The notes below the pieces were generated by a model. The model had not been told where the DNA came from. It saw only the letters and a program-made list of their open reading frames with translations, and did not search any database. Shown one piece after another: positions 36,228-45,664 of a stretch of 56,168 bases of DNA. The translations under genes and the position numbers were made by a program. Numbering within the stretch: the first letter of the stretch is position 1; each line of letters starts with the position of its first letter. The DNA comes from Candidatus Yanofskybacteria bacterium RIFCSPLOWO2_01_FULL_39_28 (GTDB taxonomy: Bacteria > Patescibacteriota > Minisyncoccia > 2-02-FULL-40-12 > GWA2-44-9): assembly GCA_001794635.1 (NCBI GenBank), contig MGKE01000001.1, positions 1 through 56,168 of the forward strand, in the 5' to 3' direction.

Positions 36228-36995
36228 TTATAAAAATTTATTAATAAAAATTTCAAACGCCTGGAAATTATAAAAATAAAGCTTAAAGTAAGTATGAACT
36301 AAAGTAAATTTTCCAAAAATTAACAGAAAACCTATAAAAATCAGCAGCACTCCGGCAATTTTGTTTATTATAGAAAGAAAACTACTCCACCCACTGAATG
36401 CGCCAAAAGCCTTGCCTATTAAAAGAGCGGTTACAAGAAAAGGAATTCCGAGACCGATAGAAAAAACTATTAATAGAAATACGCCCTCAAGAACTGTGCT
36501 TGAAGTTGAGGCCAAAAAAAGAATTGAACCCAAAAGCGGACCAACGCAAGGTGACCAGCCAAGAGCAAATAACGCCCCCAATACAAAAGAATTAAACAGC
36601 GAAACGCGATAAAACAACTGTGGAACACGCACCTGTCTGTCAAAACTAAGCCAAGGAATTTGGAGCCAACCAAGGAGTACTAGTCCGAAAGCAATGATAA
36701 AAAGACTTCCCAGCTTTTCAAGAACTTGACGAATCAAAAAGATTGAACCCAGAAAAGAAAAAACAACTCCAAACAAAATAAAGATGATGGAAAAACCTAG
36801 AACATAAAAAACAGCATTCTTAAAAATTCGGCCGCGTATTTCTTGTGTTTTAGACAGATCATTTAAATCCTGGACTTGAGCACCGGAAATAATGCCCAAA
36901 AAGGCCGGCACCAAAGGCAAGGTACACGGTGCAAAAAAGGTCAATACACCGGCAATAAAAGCAGAAATTGTAATGGCTACATTAAACTCTGGCAT
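36228..36995 (-). CDS. ccdA: Cytochrome c biogenesis CcdA/DsbD-type TM protein
   Basis: AG-x-LTFFAPCTLP and WSPCVGP. Confidence 0.9.
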   Translation of the reverse strand: MPEFNVAITISAFIAGVLTFFAPCTLPLVPAFLGIISGAQVQDLNDLSKTQEIRGRIFKNAVFYVLGFSIIFILFGVVFSFLGSIFLIRQVLEKLGSLFIIAFGLVLLGWLQIPWLSFDRQVRVPQLFYRVSLFNSFVLGALFALGWSPCVGPLLGSILFLASTSSTVLEGVFLLIVFSIGLGIPFLVTALLIGKAFGAFSGWSSFLSIINKIAGVLLIFIGFLLIFGKFTLVHTYFKLYFYNFQAFEIFINKFL

Positions 36996-36999
36996 TGCT

Positions 37000-37947
37000 T
37001 TATTTTATAAGTGCCTCTACCACAACAAAAGCTAAAGCCATAAAAACAAGAGCAAAACCCAGCCATGGTTTAAGGCGACTGTTTTTAAAGCTATAGATTT
37101 GTATGATAACAGCCATCATAGCCGTCAAAGAAAGACCTATAATAGTTCTGGGTAAATTTTCTATAATTATCGGATTAATTAAAGCGGCTAATCCCAAAAT
37201 TAAAGATATATTAACAACGATACTGCCAAAAACATTGCCCAAACTCATAGAACCATGCTCTAGAGAGACGGATTTAAAACTAAATACGACTTCAGGCAAA
37301 GTCGTTCCAAATGAAACTAAAATTCCTACCACAAACAAGGGCAGTGCCCAGTAACTAGCCAACTCAACGGCGTAAGAAACAACAAAAGAAGAGCTGGCAA
37401 GCAAAAGAGCTGCTCCAATTAAAAATAAGAAAAAGTGTTTTAGGGGATTAATCCGCATCGCGTCACTTGGTCTAATCTCATTGAAAACTGATTTCTTGTG
37501 TTCTGTTTTTAATAAATAAATAATATAAAAAATAAAACCCGTAAGAAGAACCAGGCCATCAATACGGCTAATTATCCCGTCAAAGGCCATTAAAACAGGT
37601 GCAACCATAATAACAAAACCAAAGACCATATCCTCTTTTTCAATGGTCTTAGAGGTATCCAAACCCTTAGCAAAAATTATGGCTAATCCCAGAACCAGGC
37701 TGATATTCAGCATGTTTGCTCCGACTATATTACCCAGAGACAACAGAGAAGCCCCGCTCAAGGCCGAATTTATGCCAACAAAAAATTCCGGCAAAGAAGT
37801 GGCAAAAGCCACAAGAATAAAAGAGACAACGTATTCGGAAAGCTGCATATAACGGCCTAGCACCGTTAAAGACCTGACTAAAAGCCCGCCTGAATAGAAA
37901 AGTATCCCTAGTAATAAAACAAAAAAAATGAAATCAAGAACTTCCAT
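37000..37947 (-). CDS. CaCA family Na+/Ca2+ antiporter (YrbG-like)
   Basis: Alpha repeats ATSLPE...GNIVGAN and GTTLPE...GNVFGS. Confidence 0.9.
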   Translation of the reverse strand: MEVLDFIFFVLLLGILFYSGGLLVRSLTVLGRYMQLSEYVVSFILVAFATSLPEFFVGINSALSGASLLSLGNIVGANMLNISLVLGLAIIFAKGLDTSKTIEKEDMVFGFVIMVAPVLMAFDGIISRIDGLVLLTGFIFYIIYLLKTEHKKSVFNEIRPSDAMRINPLKHFFLFLIGAALLLASSSFVVSYAVELASYWALPLFVVGILVSFGTTLPEVVFSFKSVSLEHGSMSLGNVFGSIVVNISLILGLAALINPIIIENLPRTIIGLSLTAMMAVIIQIYSFKNSRLKPWLGFALVFMALAFVVVEALIK

Positions 37948-37950
37948 AAG

Positions 37951-40557
37951 CTAGTCGCCAATAAATTTATTATAAACCCACTTGCCAAATTCTACAGCTA
38001 AAATATTAAACAACCCGAAAGCAAATACACCTATCAACCAATTAATGGGCAGGGGTGTAGTGCCAAGTATTTGGTTAAACCAAGAAGAATAAACAGACAG
38101 CATAGTCAGTCCGACACCCACAGCCACGCCGCCAACTAAATATAAATTTGAAAAAGGGTTAAACGAAAAAATGCTTCTGCGAAGACTTCTTAAGGAAAAA
38201 GAAACTAAAAGAGTGTAAGAAGCGAAAGAGGCAAAAATAAATGTTCGGACTATTTCTGGCTGAAAACCTGAGCCAAGCAATGTCTTATACATTATAAACA
38301 ACAAGGCACTCGTTGCTCCTCCAATAACTAAAATCAAAAATCTAATTCTGGATTCAAACAAATTACCTGAAAACTTACGAGGATTTTTGCCAAGACGATC
38401 CACGCCTTTTTCAAAAGCAAAGGCAATCGCCGGAAAGCTGTCCGAAAATAAATTAACAAATAATATTTGAATGGCGCTAATTGGCAAAGCTAAGCCGGCA
38501 AACATCGCCCCGCCAACTAAAAATATCTCATCAAAAGAATTAGACAACAAATAAACAATAACTTTCTTAATATTATCAAGAATCCGCCTGCCTTGAGCTA
38601 TCGCCACCACGATTGTCTCGTAGTTATTATCTAGAATAACCAAATCAGCCGCACTTTTGGTTACATCTGTTCCTGAACCGATAGCAACGCCGATATTAGC
38701 GGTCTGGAGAGCGGGAGCATCATTTATACCATCCCCGGTCACAGCTACAATATAGCCTTTTTCCTGGTAAAGCTTAGTCAAAACCACCTTTTGTTCTGGA
38801 GTTACTCTTGCATACACCGACACCTCATCGGCCCTAGCCAACAATTCTTCTTTGTTCAAACTATTAATATCATTACCAGTCAATACCGCCCCCTTGCCAT
38901 CAACCAACCCAAGTTCACGAGCAACTGCTTCGGCTGTTCCTTGGTGATCACCAGTAACAATGATTGTTCTTACTCCGGCCTCTTTAATCCCCTGCATTGA
39001 TTCAAAAACGCCTTTACGCAAAGGATCGCGAAAGGTTACCAATCCGTCAAAATTAAAATTTTTAAAATTATGATTATTCAACTTTTCATAATCAGGAGCT
39101 GGTTCAAGAGAAATAACTCCCAGTATTCTTTCACCACTAAAAGCCCTTTCATTTATTTCTTCCACGACTTCTGTCTTATCTTCTTCAGAAAGATTTGTAA
39201 AATTTAGCAGAATCTCGGGAGCACCTAAAAGCATCATCCTTCGGCTTCCGTTATGAGCATGGACAGAGGCGGCATATTTGCGGTCAGAGCTAAAAGTCAA
39301 ACGATCATAAACCTGATTTTTTTCAAAAACATCATTGAGAAAAACTTTTCTTTTTGCCGAACCGCGAACCAAAGCAACCTCCATTAAATTGCCGAACATT
39401 TGCCATTTATCAGGATTTTCATTTGGGTTTTCAATCACAACATCAACTGTTGTTAAAGCTTCTGAAAGCAATTCAACCATTTTTTCAGGTGAAGAATTCT
39501 TGTATGGAATTACTGCGGTCAGTTCCATTTTTCCTTCAGTAAGTGTGCCTGTTTTGTCTGTCAGAATTAAATTTGTAGAACCCAGAGTTTCAGCGGCAAG
39601 AAGCTTTCTGACCACCCCTTTTCTCTTGGCCAGTTGTTCAACGCCAATGGCCATAATAACTGTGAGGGCAATGGGCAGACTCTCAGGGACAACTGAAACG
39701 GCAATCGCAACAGCTATGAGAAACATAACTAACGGATCGTAATTTAAATATAATCCAAAAATAAACAACGTAACCGTTAAAACGAGTAAAATTAACCCGA
39801 CCCAAAAAGAGAAATTTAATATAGCCGTTTGAATGGGTGTTTTGGGTTCTTCCCTTTTCTCAAGAAGAGCGGTAATCCGTCCGAACTCAGTATTCATGGC
39901 CGTGGCAGTAACCACGACATCGGCAAAACCACTCACGGCTAAAGTACTGCCAAAAACCATAGAAAACCTGTCGCCAACCGAAGCGCCGGCAGAAACCGAA
40001 TCAATTTTTTTATCAACCGGAGTTGACTCTCCGGTCAAGATAGATTCGTCAACCTCAAAATTATTAGAAAAAATTATTCTGCCGTCAGCCGGAATTTTAT
40101 CACCTTGAGTAACTCTGATAATATCTCCCGGTATAAGTTTGGAAGCATCAAGAATTGTTTCCTGACCGTCGCGCTTAACTCTGGTCCTGGTTCTAACATA
40201 TGTCTTTAAAAGCTCTAATACATTTTCAGCTTTGTTTTCCTGATAAAATCCAAGGGCAGTATTCACCACCACAGCCGCAAATATTACTCCCATGTCAAGC
40301 CAATCTTTTAAGAAAGCTGTAACCACTCCGGCAATTATCAAAATTAAGATCAGTGGATTTTTAAACTGCTTTAATAGAAGCCTGAACCTGGAAAACCTCT
40401 CTCCGTCTTGGATTTCATTGGTACCAAAGGTTTTTAATCTTTTTTCAGCTTCTTCACCAGATAAGCCATCTTTGGTAACTTCAAGAATCTGAAGAGTTTC
40501 TTCCACGCTCATTGACCAAAACGGCTGTTTAATTACGCCCTTATCCATATATCCCAT
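37951..40557 (-). CDS. P-type cation-transporting ATPase (type II, Ca2+-like)
   Basis: TGES, PESLP, DKTGTLT, TGD, GDGINDAPAL. Confidence 0.93.
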   Translation of the reverse strand: MGYMDKGVIKQPFWSMSVEETLQILEVTKDGLSGEEAEKRLKTFGTNEIQDGERFSRFRLLLKQFKNPLILILIIAGVVTAFLKDWLDMGVIFAAVVVNTALGFYQENKAENVLELLKTYVRTRTRVKRDGQETILDASKLIPGDIIRVTQGDKIPADGRIIFSNNFEVDESILTGESTPVDKKIDSVSAGASVGDRFSMVFGSTLAVSGFADVVVTATAMNTEFGRITALLEKREEPKTPIQTAILNFSFWVGLILLVLTVTLFIFGLYLNYDPLVMFLIAVAIAVSVVPESLPIALTVIMAIGVEQLAKRKGVVRKLLAAETLGSTNLILTDKTGTLTEGKMELTAVIPYKNSSPEKMVELLSEALTTVDVVIENPNENPDKWQMFGNLMEVALVRGSAKRKVFLNDVFEKNQVYDRLTFSSDRKYAASVHAHNGSRRMMLLGAPEILLNFTNLSEEDKTEVVEEINERAFSGERILGVISLEPAPDYEKLNNHNFKNFNFDGLVTFRDPLRKGVFESMQGIKEAGVRTIIVTGDHQGTAEAVARELGLVDGKGAVLTGNDINSLNKEELLARADEVSVYARVTPEQKVVLTKLYQEKGYIVAVTGDGINDAPALQTANIGVAIGSGTDVTKSAADLVILDNNYETIVVAIAQGRRILDNIKKVIVYLLSNSFDEIFLVGGAMFAGLALPISAIQILFVNLFSDSFPAIAFAFEKGVDRLGKNPRKFSGNLFESRIRFLILVIGGATSALLFIMYKTLLGSGFQPEIVRTFIFASFASYTLLVSFSLRSLRRSIFSFNPFSNLYLVGGVAVGVGLTMLSVYSSWFNQILGTTPLPINWLIGVFAFGLFNILAVEFGKWVYNKFIGD

Positions 40558-40602
40558 TCTAACCTATAGTTGCTAATAAAAAAGACCCTCTAGAGTTGTG
40601 AA

Positions 40603-41127
40603 TTACGAGGTTTTTTTATTCTTAAGAAGCCAAGCTGTAATTGCTCCCAAAACAAGTCCTCCGATTCCAGCTCCGATAGCTTGCAGTAAAGCTTGCTGTT
40701 CTAAGTCACCGCCTTGAACTTCCAAAGGAAAAGATGCTTCGGCTAAATTTTTGTCTTCTTTATCCAGAAAACGAACCGTTATTTCATATTGCCCCGCATT
40801 TTGGAAAGTATAGCTCATGCCGGTTAGAAGAAATTCAGGCCGATGCAAAAAACCGGCAAAAGAAAGACCTTTATCCCTTGGGGCTATTTTGACCCAAACA
40901 CTGGTAAAATCTTCGGTGCTAAGTCTATCTTTGGTTAAAAGGTTAAAATCAAAACGAATAGGAACGCCTGCCTCTATAGAATCGACCGCGTCATAACCAA
41001 CATCAATAAAATAACCGTTAACTTCTTTTTCTAACGATTGACCCAAGCCATGAGCCAGACTATTAAAACCAAAAATAAAACTTAAAAAATAAAATAACAA
41101 GAAAGCTGAGAAATGATATTTTTTCAT
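40603..41127 (-). CDS. Hypothetical secreted protein with C-terminal TM
   Basis: Signal peptide ending LAH; YTF-x-x-AG-x-Y-x-ITV Ig-like pattern. Confidence 0.75.
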   Translation of the reverse strand: MKKYHFSAFLLFYFLSFIFGFNSLAHGLGQSLEKEVNGYFIDVGYDAVDSIEAGVPIRFDFNLLTKDRLSTEDFTSVWVKIAPRDKGLSFAGFLHRPEFLLTGMSYTFQNAGQYEITVRFLDKEDKNLAEASFPLEVQGGDLEQQALLQAIGAGIGGLVLGAITAWLLKNKKTS

Positions 41128-41132
41128 ACTTC

Positions 41133-41570
41133 TTATTGTTGGAGAATATAGCCGTCTTTAGCCACTCTTGGTTGAATATCTAAAAGTTCAAATTTATCCA
41201 AACCTCCGTTTATTTTAACCAAAACTTCCAAACCAATCAGCATTGAAAAATCTCTGGCCGTTCTGATATAAATATCACTGTATTGAGAAACAAGCTTAAA
41301 GTTGCCCCTTGAAAGGTCATCAGAGTTGCGAAGCACTCCCTCAAGAACATTGGCCATTATCTCATTGCCCACTGAATTAATCTGTCCTGGAAGATCTTTG
41401 TTTTCCATTATTGTCGTATCTGAATTGTTGTCGCTCTTGGAGACAAGCCCGACAACAATCAAAACAACCCCCACTGACAGCATTGAAAAATATATTTTAT
41501 CTTTCTTTGAGATTGCCATTATATTAATATCTATAACAAACTGGCTCAAAAATGCAACAAATATGGACAA
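41133..41570 (-). CDS. Hypothetical membrane-anchored protein
   Basis: Single TM; start uncertain (MAISKK likely). Confidence 0.7.
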   Translation of the reverse strand: MSIFVAFLSQFVIDINIMAISKKDKIYFSMLSVGVVLIVVGLVSKSDNNSDTTIMENKDLPGQINSVGNEIMANVLEGVLRNSDDLSRGNFKLVSQYSDIYIRTARDFSMLIGLEVLVKINGGLDKFELLDIQPRVAKDGYILQQ

Positions 41571-41633
41571 TTACTTTCCCTTTTTAAACCACCTTGAAAA
41601 CAGAGCAATAAAATCAATGCGGTCCACCTCTAA

Positions 41634-43628
41634 TTAAAACTTATAAGATATTGGCATGTTTATGATAAATTTAGTTCCTTTATCAAGTTGGCTCTCGACA
41701 GAAATAGTTCCGCCGTGTTTTTCTATAATTTTTTTAACAATGGCTAAGCCTAGGCCAGTTCCTCTTGTCTCTAAGTTATTATTATCTTTGACTTGATAAA
41801 ATCGATTAAAAATATTGGCTAGGTGATCCGTGCTGATACCGATACCGTTATCCTCAACAATTAATTCTGCCCGCCCATCTTCCTTACGGAGCATTATGCC
41901 TATTTCTCCTCTTCTTTTGAAAGATGCATATTTAAATGCGTTACTGACGAGATTAGTTATAGCTTCATTCAATTTATGTTTATTGCCATAAATGGTTATG
42001 TCGGATTCGATTTTGGTTCGAATAATAATTTTTCTCTCCTTGGCCAACAGCAAAAAATATTCGGTAAGCTCATTCAGTAATTGACTGACATTGATGACTT
42101 CTTGTTTAAAATCATTGGGGTCTGTTTCGAGTTTAACTAAGCTCATAATGTCGTAAATGAACTTAGATATGTCGTCTATTGATTTCTCGAAAACAAGGAC
42201 ATTTTTGTCTTCGGGAAACTTTTTTTTCAAAAAATCCAACTTGCTCTTTACTATAGTCAAAGGGGTTTGAAGACCGTGAGAAATGTCAGTCATCGTTTGT
42301 TTTTGTTCTTCCTGAAGTTTTCTAATTTGAGCCGTTCTCTCCTCTACTTTTACCTCAAGTTCTTGGGCATGTCCTTTAACTTTTTCGTAAAGCAACGCTT
42401 TTTCTAAAGCGACGGCTGCCTGATACGCGAACGTTTTTAACAGGTGGATGTCTTCATCAGTATATAGATCACCTGACAATTTTTTGCCAATAGCTATGGT
42501 GCCGACGGTTCTATCTTCTATCATTATTAATGTTTGAATTTCCGTTCTATCATCGAAAACTTTTAGATTTTGAGTATCCAGTGTTTTCCCCTCAGCATTT
42601 TTGACAATTATATCTACTTGAGTTGTTTTAAAAATACTTTTAAGTCGATCTGAGGTTTTGCCAATAATCTCTACTTTTTTAACATTTGTGTTTAATATCT
42701 CGCTTAATTCATGGATTGCTTCCGAATAATCATATTTATCTTTAAAAAAGAATTTATCAGTTTTTTGCCGAAAATAGATTTCTATTTTTGGAACTCCAAA
42801 AATTCCCAAAATAGCCGTAATTAGGCCGCCAATAAAATAAAAATTGGATGTAGATTGAGGCACTGCCAATCCCAATATGAAAAGGGTCACAAGGTAAAAA
42901 CCGGTTATAATAACTAATAATATCGAGTAAATTAAACCTCGTTGAATGGCTATTCTAATATCCAGTAATCTGTGACGTAAAATGGCATAAGCAAGAAAGG
43001 ATATCATGAATATCGTCGACAAGGGACCTGCACTATAAAAACGATATTCTCCTAATAAAGGAAGGATGATATCAAAAGTAGTAACTCCAGCCAAAGTAAA
43101 AAAAGTGCCGAGTATTATGTATATAACTTGTGATTTTTCCAATCTAGATAATCTTTTGTAACTCCGTATTAAACGAAAATAGGCTATGGAGTAAATTATA
43201 TAAATTAAAACTAGAGAGATAGTATATATAGGCCCTATAACTATTTGTGCCGGCTGATCATATAAAATAATAACATCTACGGTGCTAAACTTTGAAAAAG
43301 CAAAAAGAGATATCGCTAAGGTCGGTATATTGTACAAAACTATTCTGGAGAACTTTATACTTTTAGTTAAATAACAATCGACGAAGACTAGAAAAAAAGA
43401 AAGAAAGAACAAAAAACTTATTACTGCCATTCCACTCCAAAAAATGACACTCCCATTAGTAATAGAAACGTCTGCAAAAGCGTTAGATAGAGCCCACAAA
43501 CCGGCACTGCCGGTGATAATAGCAATAAATATGGCTAAGGGTTTACCGCTTTTTTCATATAGAAGAAAAGCTCCAAAAGTAAAGCATAAGATGGCAAACA
43601 AACCAGTTATATAACTAAAAATAAACAT
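41634..43628 (-). CDS. Sensor histidine kinase (HisKA_7TM-like input, GAF-like region, HisKA, HATPase)
   Basis: Multi-TM N-terminus; ISHGLQTPL H-box; NLVSNA, VEDNGIGI, GTGLGL, GGTI. Confidence 0.92.
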   Translation of the reverse strand: MFIFSYITGLFAILCFTFGAFLLYEKSGKPLAIFIAIITGSAGLWALSNAFADVSITNGSVIFWSGMAVISFLFFLSFFLVFVDCYLTKSIKFSRIVLYNIPTLAISLFAFSKFSTVDVIILYDQPAQIVIGPIYTISLVLIYIIYSIAYFRLIRSYKRLSRLEKSQVIYIILGTFFTLAGVTTFDIILPLLGEYRFYSAGPLSTIFMISFLAYAILRHRLLDIRIAIQRGLIYSILLVIITGFYLVTLFILGLAVPQSTSNFYFIGGLITAILGIFGVPKIEIYFRQKTDKFFFKDKYDYSEAIHELSEILNTNVKKVEIIGKTSDRLKSIFKTTQVDIIVKNAEGKTLDTQNLKVFDDRTEIQTLIMIEDRTVGTIAIGKKLSGDLYTDEDIHLLKTFAYQAAVALEKALLYEKVKGHAQELEVKVEERTAQIRKLQEEQKQTMTDISHGLQTPLTIVKSKLDFLKKKFPEDKNVLVFEKSIDDISKFIYDIMSLVKLETDPNDFKQEVINVSQLLNELTEYFLLLAKERKIIIRTKIESDITIYGNKHKLNEAITNLVSNAFKYASFKRRGEIGIMLRKEDGRAELIVEDNGIGISTDHLANIFNRFYQVKDNNNLETRGTGLGLAIVKKIIEKHGGTISVESQLDKGTKFIINMPISYKF

Positions 43629-43689
43629 GTCAGTAAAAGCAAGAGGTATTGTTGCATATATTTAAAAATTTAAAAAGGCGGATATACTT

Positions 43690-44415
43690 TTATCCGCCCC
43701 TTGAGTCTTTGAAGTTATAAACCATTAACGCTGTCATATTACAGCTTTCAGGATCATTAAAAGCACTAGGAAAAACATCATGAAGAGACATTTTCATTAT
43801 TTCTGCGAATCGACACAGAACTGGATCTTTTTCTGTAACTTTAATATGTGTAGGAATTGTGATATCAAGTAATCTTGAGCTCATATTTCCTCTGATTAAA
43901 TTGACACAACTTATGGCATAATAAAGGGCGAGTTTCTGAATTGGTGTTGTCGCTTTAATTTCTTCTTTAACTGTCTCCAGAAATTTAGATAATCCAGGAA
44001 GTCTAGCTAATGCAATAAGATAGTCTTGTTTCTTTTCTATGCCCAACTGGATAATCCTTTGCAATATAAGTTTTCCGATTCCTCTATTGGGCATATCAAC
44101 TGCCAAAGACAAACCATTCATAGTATTGCCGCTCGGACAATGACCCGTTCCTTCATAACCACTTTGTAGAAATTTTCTTAGCTGCATATTATTAAAAGAA
44201 TCGGGAGTAAATTCTATATATTCCAAATAAGCATAACCGTGTATATGTCCTTCAAATACGGCAACCAAAAAACCTTCCGGATTAGTGCTGACCCATTTAT
44301 GGAATAACTCTTCAGTAACAACCGGGGCGCCTATCTTTTCCCAAACCTTTTTTTCAAGATTTATGATAGCTTCGCAATCAGCAGAACAAACATTTCTTAT
44401 GACAATCTTGGACAC
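43690..44415 (-). CDS. GNAT-family acetyltransferase (YkwB/YhcX-N-like)
   Basis: LAV-x-x-x-NRGIGK acetyl-CoA motif; DPVL and DPES-x-N-x-x-ALM; RBS AAGGAGG with GTG start. Confidence 0.7.
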   Translation of the reverse strand: MSKIVIRNVCSADCEAIINLEKKVWEKIGAPVVTEELFHKWVSTNPEGFLVAVFEGHIHGYAYLEYIEFTPDSFNNMQLRKFLQSGYEGTGHCPSGNTMNGLSLAVDMPNRGIGKLILQRIIQLGIEKKQDYLIALARLPGLSKFLETVKEEIKATTPIQKLALYYAISCVNLIRGNMSSRLLDITIPTHIKVTEKDPVLCRFAEIMKMSLHDVFPSAFNDPESCNMTALMVYNFKDSRGG

Positions 44416-44438
44416 GCATCCTCCTTGTTAAGGTTCTA

Positions 44439-44816
44439 TCAGGCGGGAAAGCTTTTCCCCCGCTCAATGACATTGACTTCTATCTCTTTAATCTTGTACA
44501 GTTTTTTTATTATATTGACAACCTTTTTATGATCGAATTTTTTGCATGAATAAACGTCCATACTAAAAAACCTCTTCTTGGAATAGGTGTGTATGCTTAT
44601 GTGCGATTCTATAATAAATATGAAACCGGAGATGCCCCTTATATCTCCCTCGGTAAATTGAATAATATGGGGAAAGCCTATTTTGTTCATACCGATCATT
44701 TCTGGAAGTTTATTCAAAGTTTCAAACAAAAAAGTTATATCATCTAATCTTTTCTTGTTAGCGCCATAACCATCGATTGTCAGATGAAGGCCGTAGGTTT
44801 TTACGTCTATTTTCAT
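44439..44816 (-). CDS. speD: Pyruvoyl-dependent S-adenosylmethionine decarboxylase family proenzyme
   Basis: GLHL-x-IDG, G-x-SG, IESHISIHTY autocleavage motif, DVYSC; substrate unproven. Confidence 0.88.
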   Translation of the reverse strand: MKIDVKTYGLHLTIDGYGANKKRLDDITFLFETLNKLPEMIGMNKIGFPHIIQFTEGDIRGISGFIFIIESHISIHTYSKKRFFSMDVYSCKKFDHKKVVNIIKKLYKIKEIEVNVIERGKSFPA

Positions 44817-45496
44817 TTAATTATTATTGGAATTACGATTGTATTACTTTTCCAGTACCGACATTCTTTGGGAGGATTTACCTGGCATATTCTTTTGTCT
44901 ATTTTCTTAAATCCGGCCAACTCAAGTTTATTACGGTGTTCATGAGAAAAATTTCTGATCTCGTCAGAGTAGTAAGTAAACACTCCACTGGGCTTTAATA
45001 GCCGAAAAGCTTCTGGAAAGAACTCGTAATGATTACTGTGAATTTCCTTTTTACTCATAGGATAAGTATCAAATAGAATTCCAGAAAGACTGTTATCGGG
45101 AATGTTTTTTGTCACGTCCTGCCAAAAACCAAAAATGGGCCTAACTGGCTTTATTGAATTCATTTTAAAATCTTGCAATTTTTCAAAAACCGATTTATTG
45201 GCTTCTATAACGATGTGCTCTCTAATCTTATGAGATTGGATATATTCAGCAGAAATACCCATTCCAAAACCAACTTCCATAACTACGCCCCTTTTTGAAC
45301 AAGCTACTTCTGCTAAAGCTTTCATATAATTATCCTCCCAATCTTCCATGACGGGATGATTGTTAATTATCAACCGGTTTTTATCTAAGAAAGCTGGGGC
45401 ATTTTCCCAATTTGTCTTGTCTCTAAAGAACCCGATGTTTAATCTGTTTCTGTAAGTAACCTGCCGTATATCATTAAATCTTTTTGCTTCATCCAT
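44813..45496 (-). CDS. Guanidinoacetate N-methyltransferase (GAMT)/RMT2-like SAM-dependent methyltransferase
   Basis: W-x-x-APA, PVME-x-WE-x-x-YM, EVGFGM-x-I, IE-x-N, G-x-W-x-DV, FDTYP, AFRLLKP-x-GV-x-TY, co-linear with animal GAMT as I recall it. Confidence 0.85.
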   Translation of the reverse strand: MDEAKRFNDIRQVTYRNRLNIGFFRDKTNWENAPAFLDKNRLIINNHPVMEDWEDNYMKALAEVACSKRGVVMEVGFGMGISAEYIQSHKIREHIVIEANKSVFEKLQDFKMNSIKPVRPIFGFWQDVTKNIPDNSLSGILFDTYPMSKKEIHSNHYEFFPEAFRLLKPSGVFTYYSDEIRNFSHEHRNKLELAGFKKIDKRICQVNPPKECRYWKSNTIVIPIIIK

Positions 45497-45664
45497 TCCA
45501 ATTTCTCAGTTTAGTTTAATAACCCCTATATTAATTTTATAAGTTCATTAGAATATTTTTATTAAGAATTGTTAATGAATAGATAAATAAAAGATAAATT
45601 ATTTATAAAATAAATAACCCTATTTAGGGCCATTAATCAGATAAATCGAGTTTTTATATAAAGC

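Noticed and set aside
37000-40557. Ca2+ antiporter plus P-type ATPase as a novel system
   Set aside because: Both are ordinary families, and their adjacency is unremarkable.
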